A stretch of DNA of 45,971 bases from Stramenopiles sp. TOSAG23-2. Taxonomy: Eukaryota. The position numbers were made by a program, and so were the translations under genes. The DNA lies in contig LT649285.1 in NCBI GenBank assembly GCA_900128395.1, positions 1 through 45,971 on the forward strand. Direction: 5' to 3'. Shown one piece after another: positions 10,498 through 21,000 of this stretch; positions within the stretch are counted from its first letter, which is position 1, and each line of letters opens with the position of its first letter. Under the pieces are notes generated by a model, which was not told where the DNA came from, searched no databases, and worked only from the letters and a program-made list of their open reading frames with translations.

Positions 10498-12453
10498 ATG
10501 CGATATTACATAAATGTATCATTTCAAATATTATTATCACTATTAATAGTATTAATAAATCTACTATTATTCATTCAAGCTATTGAATATGAAAGCAACG
10601 TTAAAGTAAAATTTTCTTACCCATTATCAGGTTCAACTTTAGCCAAAGGCACTATCTATTTTAATGTTTTCCATCCATTGCAAAAATTACCAGAATTTTT
10701 GAAAAGTTCTGAAAAGCCAGGTGGCAATGAAAAATTAAGATATTTAATTCAACTTATATCAAATGAAGGTGAAAGTTTACGTTCTTTTGTATCTCCAATT
10801 TTTAATATTAATTTTGAAATGGAAGGGTCATATTTTATTGATATATGTGTATATGATGTAAATAAACAAGACTGTCTGAAGACGACATTGTCTACGGTGG
10901 CACTTGATATTTTGCCTGATCCGTATGAAATTTCTCAATTTCATTTGGATTTTTATGGAAAAAAAGAAATATGGGAAAAGCAACATCCAAGTTTGAAAAA
11001 TACATTTGATGATACCTCATTATTACCATATACAGATGATATTGCAACGTATATGATGAAGGGACAAAAAAATAATAAAATGAAAGGGCCTATTCGCGTG
11101 GTTCATATTTCTGATTTAAGGCATATAGATGGTTATAAATTACATGTTTTACGGCAATTGACCGGTATACCAAAAAATAAAGTCTACCAAGAAATTATTG
11201 ATTTAACATGTGATAATTTAAAGCCAATACCACCAGATCGTCCATTTAAAAAATTATTAGAAGAAAATAACATACCAATTACTGAATTATGTTTGCAAAT
11301 ACCTAGAAGTGAAAGATGGAAATCCATGCCAGATTGGGTAAAAGATTTAGAAACCATGGCAAATGCCGATACAATGGATGATGTGCATCCTGAAGTATTT
11401 GTTGTTTTGAAAGATTTTATTGAGATGTTGAAAAAATTCCATGTATTAATTATTACCAATGGTGCAATAGAACAAGATACTTACCTCGCAGAACTTGCTA
11501 GATTAATAGGTTTAAAAGCTACGATACTTGATTTAGGTCCAAAAGGACCAAAATTGTTACCATACAGCTTTCGTGGGGTAACAGCATTTGTTGGACAATC
11601 ATCTTATGTAACAGAGTATACATTGGTAAAGAACAGTAAAGTTAGGAGTTTTCTGTTACCACCTGTTGTACATGAAGATATTTATTCAATTGAATATGCA
11701 AGAGAAAATTGTAAAACATTTCATGATCCAATACGAACCAGCAAAACATATCTAAATGGCATTCTCAGCGATCATCAAGGTAGTAGCAATAAGCCAGGAC
11801 ATTTAATACGTGTAACATATATTGGTCGAGTCTCTCCACAAAAAGGTTTTGGTATATTTATATGGGCAATTAAATATTTCGTAGACCATATTTTAAGTAT
11901 AAAAAATAAAGAACATCCATTATATAATGAAAAACGCAATAATGTTAGGTTTGAAATTGTTGGCACGGGTAAAATATTACCAAAAGTAAAAGCGTTAGTG
12001 GAAGAATTAGGCTTATCAAAAATTGTATTTTTCTTAGGATTTATACCAAATAAGGATATACCATGTTTATTACGAAGTACGTCTATTTTTGTATTTCCAT
12101 CACTTTTCCCAGAAAGTTTTGGTATGGTAAATGTAGAAGCAATGTTTATGAAACTTCCAATTATTTCCTTTGGTGTTGGTGGAACACCAGATTTTCTTAT
12201 TGATGGATATAATGGTGATATTGTTACAGATAGATCTGCAAAAGGTCTTGCAACAGCTATTGACAAGCTTGTTTTAGATGAAACACGACGTAAACTATAT
12301 GGAGAGAATGGTTTTAAATTAGCGAAAAAAAGATTTTCTCAAGATTTATTGTTGAAACGATATATAGCAATGTATGAATTAATTTGTGCTGAAAATGGAT
12401 GTTATGATGATAAGAACGAAATCCGTAATAGTAGGAGAGATGATGAGTTGTGA
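10498..12453 (+). CDS. GT-B/GT4-family glycosyltransferase with signal peptide and C-terminal DDEL
   Basis: N-terminal hydrophobic signal. YIGRVSPQKG and FVFPSLFPESFGMVNVEAM (E-x7-E) motifs of Glycos_transf_1. Ends RRDDEL*. Confidence 0.9.
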   Translation: MRYYINVSFQILLSLLIVLINLLLFIQAIEYESNVKVKFSYPLSGSTLAKGTIYFNVFHPLQKLPEFLKSSEKPGGNEKLRYLIQLISNEGESLRSFVSPIFNINFEMEGSYFIDICVYDVNKQDCLKTTLSTVALDILPDPYEISQFHLDFYGKKEIWEKQHPSLKNTFDDTSLLPYTDDIATYMMKGQKNNKMKGPIRVVHISDLRHIDGYKLHVLRQLTGIPKNKVYQEIIDLTCDNLKPIPPDRPFKKLLEENNIPITELCLQIPRSERWKSMPDWVKDLETMANADTMDDVHPEVFVVLKDFIEMLKKFHVLIITNGAIEQDTYLAELARLIGLKATILDLGPKGPKLLPYSFRGVTAFVGQSSYVTEYTLVKNSKVRSFLLPPVVHEDIYSIEYARENCKTFHDPIRTSKTYLNGILSDHQGSSNKPGHLIRVTYIGRVSPQKGFGIFIWAIKYFVDHILSIKNKEHPLYNEKRNNVRFEIVGTGKILPKVKALVEELGLSKIVFFLGFIPNKDIPCLLRSTSIFVFPSLFPESFGMVNVEAMFMKLPIISFGVGGTPDFLIDGYNGDIVTDRSAKGLATAIDKLVLDETRRKLYGENGFKLAKKRFSQDLLLKRYIAMYELICAENGCYDDKNEIRNSRRDDEL

Positions 12454-12640
12454 GGAGGAGAGAGAGATATTATATTTGGTATAATATTTTTTTATTTTAA
12501 TGGTGTGGTATTTATATCATAAAAAAATATGCTCTCGTAAAATTTATATTTAAATACACTTCGGTAATGGCATATATACATACGAACGCGCGTATTAAAT
12601 AATTAAATGTACACATATTTTACTTTTATTTTTGAAACAT

Positions 12641-13403
12641 TCAATCTAAGCTTCTTGTATTTGAAATTGAACCATCTCTACCAATTTTCCCCAAGCCAGT
12701 TTTTGGACGTTCAAGTAAATATTCTTTTACACCATTCAAGTTTTCCATTCTTTTTTTCCATTCAAATAATCCTTTTAATTCATCAAAATCCGAAATTTTT
12801 GGTATAAATCCTAAGTAAATATTCTTTTACACCATTCAAGTTTTCCATTCTTTTTTTCCATTCAAATAATCCTTTTAATTCATCAATATCCGAAATTTTT
12901 GGTTTTAATGTATGTTGCAAATCCAGAATGTGGAAATAAAAAAAATCTCCTAGCCCGACATTTTCTCCACCAAGAAAAACTTTTTCACCAAGCAAATCAT
13001 TGAATTTTTTGGCAGTTGGTAGAGCTACAGTTTCAAAATATTCTTCAATTTTTTTATCCGACTCTTCCGCAGTAAACCAGTTAAATATTGGGTTAATCAT
13101 GGATAAAGGACGATCCCTACATTCTTCTGCAATTTTAATTTGTTCTTCGTTCACAACTATTTTACCGTTCGTTTGTTTTGCTAAGAAAATACCAATGTCA
13201 ACACTTTCAGGCATCAATTTTTCATCTTCTCCATACTTTAATACCGGCAGTTGTTTTTTTGGCATGGCTTCTTTGATACCAGACATCCATTGAGGAAATG
13301 TAATGAGTTCGTCTACGACTTTTAGGTTACCAAAACGTGCAATGAATCTTAAAGCTTCGCCTCTTGCTCTAAGCGAGAAATACATTAACGTTTGAGCAGC
13401 CAT
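12641..13403 (-). CDS. Glutathione S-transferase (sigma-like), interrupted in this assembly by a 100-bp duplication
   Basis: LMYFSLRARGEALR, QLPVL, ESVDI and GLGD motifs. Removing one 100-bp copy (12713-12812) restores a 663-nt frame ending EYLLERPKTGLGKIGRDGSISNTRSLD* (TGA at 12643-12641), with the typical YL-x-x-RP motif. Confidence 0.9.
12713..12910. repeat. Tandem duplication, period 100 bp, inside the GST 3' end
   Basis: aagtaaatattcttttacacc... at 12713 and 12813. Mismatches cluster at one end of the first copy. Confidence 0.95.
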
Positions 13404-13548
13404 TATTCTATGAAGATAGATTATTGATAGAAGACTTTTAGGTTACCAAAACGTGCAATGAATCTTAAAGCTTCGCCTCTTGCTCTAAGCGAGAAATACA
13501 TTAACGTTTGAGCAGCCATTATTCTATGAAGATAGATTATTGATAGAA
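13317..13548. repeat. Tandem duplication, period 116 bp, over the GST start codon
   Basis: gacttttaggttaccaaaacg... at 13317 and 13433. Confidence 0.95.
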
Positions 13549-14023
13549 TATATAGGATTGGATGGGTTAATTGTTCCTTTCTAACAACGTTATAGATTGA
13601 TGATTGGGTAAGTGAACATTGTTTGTGGATATATTTTGATACCATAAATGCACGCTACATATTTGGTGCTATTATTATTATTTGCATGCACTTCTTAAAA
13701 ACTGAAATTAGCATGGCGCACGCCTGATATTGTTAGACATACTGTAGGGTTAAAACGAGAGTGATTTTGGTTGTGTAAAAAGGGCTTATTTGGAATTATT
13801 TGAACCATAGTGTGTCCTCTATTTATTATCGATAGACGACTACGGCCAACTTCTTGTGTCTAACTTATTATATTATTATCTAGATTAGACGATTATTAGA
13901 TAGACATAATTCTATTTATTATTATTTATTTTGATTACTGCCGTTAAATAATATAAAAAGACTGTAAATATACATTTAAGACTTGATTTACTTGATAAAG
14001 TAAAGTTGTTATATATACGACGG

Positions 14024-14247
14024 TAAATAATGAGCGATATTGAAGAGGTACCAGAATGTTTGCATTTGAAAAAATGTCCAACCTCAGGCCCTGCGTTAAG
14101 AATGCATATGGTAAATGCACACATGAATGGACCAATAAATAATGAGCGATATTGAAGAGGTACCAGAATGTTTGCATTTGAAAAAATGTCCAACCTCAGG
14201 CCCTGCGTTAAGAATGCATATGGTAAATGCACACATGAATGGACCAA
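14024..14247. repeat. Tandem duplication, period 112 bp, over the Rieske gene start codon
   Basis: taaataatgagcgatattg... at 14024 and 14136. Confidence 0.95.
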
Positions 14248-15873
14248 GGAAAAAATGTGGAGTATGCCCACATAACACTGCAGGCAATATGGGAGCGGTA
14301 GGGGGAAGGAGGAATATCCAAAGTTCGGATAGTAGAACAAAGGCTTTTGAAGATGCAACAGAATTTCCGATTATTAATCCGTATGGAGAATTATTGGAAG
14401 TTGAGATGCTAGCAGAGATAAGAAAAGATCCAGTCGAGCAGCAACAGAAGTTTATAGCGGTAATTGCTGAAGATAAACTCCCAAACGTACCAGCAAGATT
14501 ACGATATGCATTTGCGAATAAGAAAACCGACGGTGCTGATTATTTAGCTGGGATTCCACCTCCAAGCCCACTCCTCCAGAACAATGAAAAGGCTAATAAA
14601 ATAATGAGACCAATCATTGAAAAGTTTGTACAAATGATTCAAAATGAAACTACAGATATGAAATATGATCCAATGGTGTCTAATGGTAAGTTAATTCTAT
14701 TCCTCGCAACCTATAAATGATATTTTCTCTAACACATACTTCTTTCATACGCTACGCTCCACAGGTTGGGAGACATATATCAACCCGGAGAGATTTAAGA
14801 AAGAGGTTGATTATATGAAAACAAATTTCTTATTTTGTGGTATTTCTAATGATGTCGAGACAGCAAATGCTTTTGCTAGGGTGGAAATGAATGGCAAATC
14901 AATTTTGTTGACGCGAGATGAAAATATGAAATTTCACGCATTTGAAAATGTTTGTAGGCATCGAGGTATGGAAGTTGTAACAAAAGAAAAACCTCGTGGA
15001 AAATCACAAGTCCATGTATGCCCATATCATAGTTGGGCTTATGGAAGCAATGGAGAGTTGTTGAATGTACCGTTTGAAAAAGGATTTGAGGGCAATGCAA
15101 AAGTCGATTTGGAGAATCGTAATTTGATTCCATTACCAAGTGCTGAAATTGCAGGGACACTGTGGGTTGTAAGTCATCCTGATGAGACAAAAAATTATAA
15201 TGAGATGGCAAAGGATATTTTAAATCAAAAATTGCAAGAAGAATTATCAGCATTTAATGTTGGAAAAAACTTCGCAGTCGTTTCTCAAGAGATGCGTCTT
15301 AATGCAAACTGGAAACTGCCGATTGATACGTTTGGAGAAGCATATCATTTTAAAACTTTGCATCCGTTTTTACGACAAGTATTCATGAGGAATCGTATGT
15401 TGTTCAATGGTTATGATGATTCAAATGGGAATGAGAAAAATTCATGTATGGTTCTAGGAGCGAATACTTTACAATTGATGGCAGATGGAGATATCCCAAA
15501 AGAAAAATGGTTTGACACTTCACCATTTAGCCATGCAACGCCTACATACATGTTTTCTCCTAACACAAGTTTTATTGTAAATGCCAATGGATTAAGCGTT
15601 ACACAAGTATTTCCAACTGATAAAGTAGATGAATGTATTGTAAGAATGACCCAGTATGCTGGTTCAAATCCTTCCAAATTTTCAACTCAACAAAGAAAAA
15701 GTATTGCTCAAAACTTTGGAGGCTTCTTGGATATTGTAGCTACGGAGGATTTTGAAATTTTAGCAAAAATGAACCGTAGCTTTAAAGAATCACCTCATGC
15801 AGAAACTATTTTTGGGCGAAATGAACCTGCTTTAACATATAGGCATAAAATGTTTTTAAATATGTTAAAATAA
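14142..15873 (+). CDS. Rieske non-heme iron oxygenase alpha subunit (aromatic-ring-hydroxylating/choline monooxygenase-like); exons 14142-14685 and 14765-15873
   Basis: Rieske motif NVCRHRG...CPYHSW and mononuclear iron ligands EAYHFKTLH...ED. Splicing 14686-14764 joins the two ORFs in frame (...VSNG-WETYINPERFKKE...). Confidence 0.9.
14686..14764 (+). other. GT-AG intron, 79 nt (subfamily A)
   Basis: gtaagttaattctattcc...atattttctctaacac...ccacag. Restores the frame; phase 1, G|GT. Confidence 0.9.
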
Positions 15874-16147
15874 AATCATATGCCAAAAAAATGATACAAT
15901 ATTATATATATATATATACGCCTCATTTTGACAAGGATTCTTGTCGATCGATACGAGAATTGCTCAGATTGGATATATAGAGTATATAGTCACATCTAAA
16001 ATGTTTTTAAATATGTTAAAATAAAATCATATGCCAAAAAAATGATACAATATTATATATATATATATACGCCTCATTTTGACAAGGATTCTTGTCGATC
16101 GATACGAGAATTGCTCAGATTGGATATATAGAGTATATAGTCACATC
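15846..16147. repeat. Tandem duplication, period 151 bp, over the Rieske gene stop codon
   Basis: taaaatgtttttaaatatg... at 15846 and 15997. Confidence 0.95.
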
Positions 16148-16196
16148 GTGTCATCGTGTGTCGTCTGTTTTTTTTTTTTCAATCCAGTAGCAATAG

Positions 16197-16500
16197 AAAT
16201 ACATCCAGGGAATTTGCTTTTTTGCAATCTGGCAATCCTGTTGCCTGACAGAGAGGTCTCTGCCCCTGGTTGTGTCATCTGGGATTCCTAAAGATTTTAC
16301 GAATTATGTTTTTTTAAATATGCATACATAAAAAATAAAAATTATTTAAAATACATCCAGGGAATTTGCTTTTTTGCAATCTGGCAATCCTGTTGCCTGA
16401 CAGAGAGGTCTCTGCCCCTGGTTGTGTCATCTGGGATTCCTAAAGATTTTACGAATTATGTTTTTTTAAATATGCATACATAAAAAATAAAAATTATTTA
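16197..16500. repeat. Tandem duplication, period 152 bp
   Basis: aaatacatccagggaatttgc... at 16197 and 16349. Confidence 0.95.
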
Positions 16501-16665
16501 ATTTTGAATATCATACGAAGTTCATAAAAAAGAATTATCATGAGCAAATTGAACCAAAATAAATCATGTGTGCGTGTGTGTAAAATATTAAAAAATTAAA
16601 TTAATAATACGAATATTCGTGTATGACTTTTATTATACTCGTAAATATATTCTCGCTCACCAACT

Positions 16666-17387
16666 TTAACGTGGGTCATCCCATGTCCAAGAACCATCAG
16701 GTGCTTGGAAACACCAACGCTCTCCTCGTTTCTCTTTATTCCACCCTGGAGGTAAGTAGCCACCTTCTGCCATAATTTTCTTTTCTTTCTCTCGTTGTTT
16801 CATTGCAAGCAATGCACGTTTCTTTTCCAAACGTTGTTTCGCCATTTCTTTTTTTTTTGCTTGTTTTATTTTCTCTTGCTTAAGTTTTAATTCTTCTTTT
16901 TTTCTCTCCATTTTCTTTTTTCTCAATCTACGTTTAGCAAATATCATTCTTATTCGCGTTTGTACTTTAATTGCAGCTTCTGATTGTTTTCTAAATTCTC
17001 TTTCGTCTTCTCTTTGTTTCAATTCTTTACGTGCTTTGTATCTTCTAAATGCCATTTGTAAAATTAATGCGTTTTGATAACCAGTACAAGAGTAGTAGAC
17101 ATTTTGCCAGCTATTTAAGCGTTCGTAATGATCAATATTATGCTTTCCAAGCTCTGTTATACAAATGAAATGTACCCATCAGCTTCTATCCTCATATCTC
17201 TAACTTGTTGTATTGAATCTAAATTATATACATGAACTAGTTGAGCATCAATTTTATCTTGTTTTAACTTTCTCGATGCTTCCAATTCCTCTGTAGAAAC
17301 ACCATGATCATTCTTATTATTACTAGCACTTTTACTAGCTTTGGGTTTTTCAACTTTTACTCTTTTCTTTCTACGTTTACGTACCAT
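16666..17387 (-). CDS. IQ-motif and WW-domain protein, with a frameshift near 17160-17180
   Basis: IQ motifs ALILQMAFRRYKARK and AAIKVQTRIRMIFAKRR, and C-terminal WW domain LPPGW...WTWDDPR. The 17387 and 17055 ORFs overlap briefly in different frames. Confidence 0.7.
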
Positions 17388-18034
17388 TATTTTTATTAAT
17401 GATTATAAAATTAAATTATTTACGGATTCTTTGTATGTGCGGGAGTGTTTTATTGATAATTCAATATATTATGTATCAACTACTCTCTCCCTCTCTCTCT
17501 CTCTCTATATATATATATATGTATGTATGATTTCCCAATATCGCTTCACTATATAGATGTGCAACGCCGCGTGCATGTCTTGTTATTATAATAAAATGCA
17601 AGTTTTTGTTTTTTGTCATAAAATATAAAATAATCTATGTGCCTATATTTTATTTTTTAACGTGCTGCTGTCGTGTGGTGCTGTCCAGGCTGCATATCTG
17701 AAGAAACTGTTTTTTGTTGCACACAGGTAGTGCGGTAGTGCTGTGTCTATAATATTATAAAATTGCAAATATCATTGTGCATCCTCCATCTCAGCCGTTA
17801 TTATTATTCTGTGAAAACATCATAATTTTTTACTGGTACTAGCTATTATTAGTTGTGTTTTGAAAAAACATAAACACCATATCATACATGTCATATACCC
17901 CCGAGTACGATGTATGGTATGAATACGATATATGTATACTCGATCGATCGATATAGATTTATATACCCTTAGAAATTACATTTATTTATAATATATATAT
18001 ATATGCATATACAAGAACACTATTAATTAACAAA

Positions 18035-21000
18035 ATGCCATATGATATAGGAAGTATTGTAAATTATTCAGATAGTCAAGATAATAGTGTGAAAAGAGCA
18101 AAAGTTATAAGTGTTGAGAAGAATGGTGCTAAACATAAAATAGAATATACGACAATTGAAGGTTCAGTAAAGATCGAAGTTGTCGATACATCTCAATTGA
18201 ATTTACCAAAAGATATACATTTCCAAGCTCCTGTTATACATGAAGGTCAAAAACAAGGTAGAAGAGGTAGTGTACAAATTTATGCACGGCCCGTTACAAT
18301 AAATGGGAGAAAACAAAGTTTGGAACAAAAAGTAAAGGAAACTCCAGCACAACGTCAGCGTAGAAAAAATAAAAGAAATAAATACAACAGTAGAGGACGA
18401 CATTACGAAGGAAAAACCCATGGCCATGTAGCACGTGCAAATAGCAGAGAAATAGAAACTCATCAAGTGACTAAAGCAGCAATTACAATACATTCATGGG
18501 CACGTAGACATCTTGTAAGAAAACATTTAAGAGAAAAGCATAACGCTTCTATAATCATTCAAAAGTACACCCGGAGATACGCAGCTGAATATCAGCAAGC
18601 CTTGCGCGCCGCAAGGGATGGGAGAATTAGGTATTTAATGTTTATCAGCAAGCATATTAAATTAGACCATCTAAAAGATAGAAATAATAAAACAATTTTA
18701 CATGTTATTTGTGATGTAGACCATGTTACGTCGAAAACGTTTAATCAACGTTTCAAAAGTGCATCTTGGGTGAAAAAAAAGTATCCTAGCCTGTTAGAAA
18801 AAAAAGATAAATCTGGCCATACTGGCTCCTGGGCATTGCAGGTTTACGCTGCGTGCGTTATTCAAACCATTCATCGCTCTGTTCGAAGTCGTATGAATGT
18901 AATGTTCGAAAGCGCGCGCCGTGGAAAGTTAGGGGCATTGAAAGTTCTTCTTAAATATTCAAACGCATCAGATAAGTTATATCCTGATTCACACGGATCG
19001 ACATTGTTACATTTAGCAGCTACATGTAAACATAGAGAAAATGCTTCTGAATGTATAAAATATATTTCGAAAAAATATAAACGAATGGTAGCTACGAAGG
19101 ATAAAGATGGTCGTTTACCTTCACATATTGCATCTTTTTATTGTTCTGGAAACAATAATAAATGCGATGAAGTTATTAAAACATTTTTAACGATTGATGA
19201 GGATAAATCATTTTTGACGAAGGATAAATATAATCAAGAACCAATTGATTATATATCAAAAGCTGGAGATTTAGCAACAATACTTTTTTTAATCGAAAAA
19301 TCTTCTCAAATATATAGCAAGTTTGTCACTGAAGATAAGATGAAAAAAATGATCTCATCCTATGCATCATGGTCTTCATATACTGATCTGGTAAAAAATC
19401 GTAGTAATCGTGTAAACGTGGATTTTAATAGCGATAGTAGCACTAATTTTACATTTGATTTAAATAGCAGCGTTACAAGCTCGATGATGAAACATGTAGA
19501 AAATTATGAAGGTATGGTCAGCTTTCCACTTTTTAAACGATTTCTTTCTTTTGAAAGCGATAATGTATATTTCTTTACCAGTCCTGTAGAATGGAATGCA
19601 CCACGGCATAATAAAATATCTAATTCGCATATAAAAAAACCAAAATTTTGTCCCTCTAAATATTTTCTTTACTTCGAGATGTGTTTGCATGGATTTTTAG
19701 GAGAAACATTTGATTTAAAAGTTGGATTTACAAATGACGCGGAATGGAAACCACTGACTGACAGCGCGTTGATAAATGAACTTGCATACGAAGAAGATTT
19801 AGAAGAAGTATTAAAACATTGGAATACAAATACGAATAATATGGATACTCATCCTGTTGAAAAAGAATCAAATTTCTTCAATGTTAACATATCCAATTTA
19901 TGCAAAACACATAAGGTACATAATGTTTCGAGAACCTCCAATGTTGTTGGCTGTGGCTGGGATCCAAACGATAGTAAATTATTTTTATGCATCAACGGTA
20001 AATTGATCAATGAAAAAGAATTGCAAATGCCGTCTACTTGTTCTTTACGCCCTGGATTTAGTTTCAACAAAGAGTCTTTTAAAAACGTACTTCGAGCGAT
20101 GGGTGGAGATGCATGTAAGATTGAAATCAATTTTGGTAGAAAGCCTTTTGTTTACGTACCAGCATGGAAAGAAAAACTTGAACGAGTCCAAATGTTGAAT
20201 ATAAATCCTCATTTAAAAAATCAATTAGGATTTTCATTGGAACGAAGACCAGGTATAAGTGGCAATAGTTGGAGTTGTAACAATATTGTGTATCAATGGT
20301 GCTCTGCAATACATAAATCAAACTCGTATGGCACATTGAAACAAAATAGAATGAAATTATTCACAGTATATCCGTTAATTCATGATATAGTAAATAGCAA
20401 TTTAAGCCGAGTACAGGAAATTATGGGTGCAAGTGAAAATAAATATTTTGATGAAATGGATCTTCGCTCAACAAACCATTTAATTAATATCAGCAATGAG
20501 ACTGATGCTCGTAGTTTGGCTAATCAACAAGATGGTTACTGCCTTTCAACATGGCCAGTAGAGCCAACAAATAGGAGTATTTTACATATTGCAAGTACAG
20601 TAACTTCGAGCACAGAAATTCTCGAGTTTCTCCTTGCTATTCGACCTGATGATGATGTAATGTCAAAAGTAGATATTGATGGATGTACTCCATTGCATAT
20701 TGCTGCACGTATGGGCAACACCCCAGCATTAGAGCGCCTGTGCAAGACTTTGGTGGCTAAAATTTCATCCGCTAAGGACTCCCAATATGCATTGAAGAAA
20801 ATCATGCAATTGAAATCTAATGGTGGTATGAATATGTTACACCACGCTGTCATATCTGGTAATATAGATACAATCGATTATGTCTTAAGTAAAAACGAAA
20901 AGATATATCGACATTTAAGCAACGATCATAATCAAATTTACGAGGTGGAAGAGAATGGCAAATTAAGTTGGTCTATGTTGAAGTCAGCTCCGATACATTA

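Noticed and set aside
12783-12812. ORF-track GST C-terminus RIYTKNFGF*
   Set aside because: Created by the duplication junction; the collapsed sequence gives the canonical YLLERP ending.
13421-13645. Apparent second GST gene
   Set aside because: It is only the 116-bp duplicated 5' end of the same GST.
16201-16273. tRNA gene call for the cloverleaf
   Set aside because: No GTTC(R)A T-loop, no D-loop GG and loop sizes wrong on both strands; kept only as an unexplained structure.
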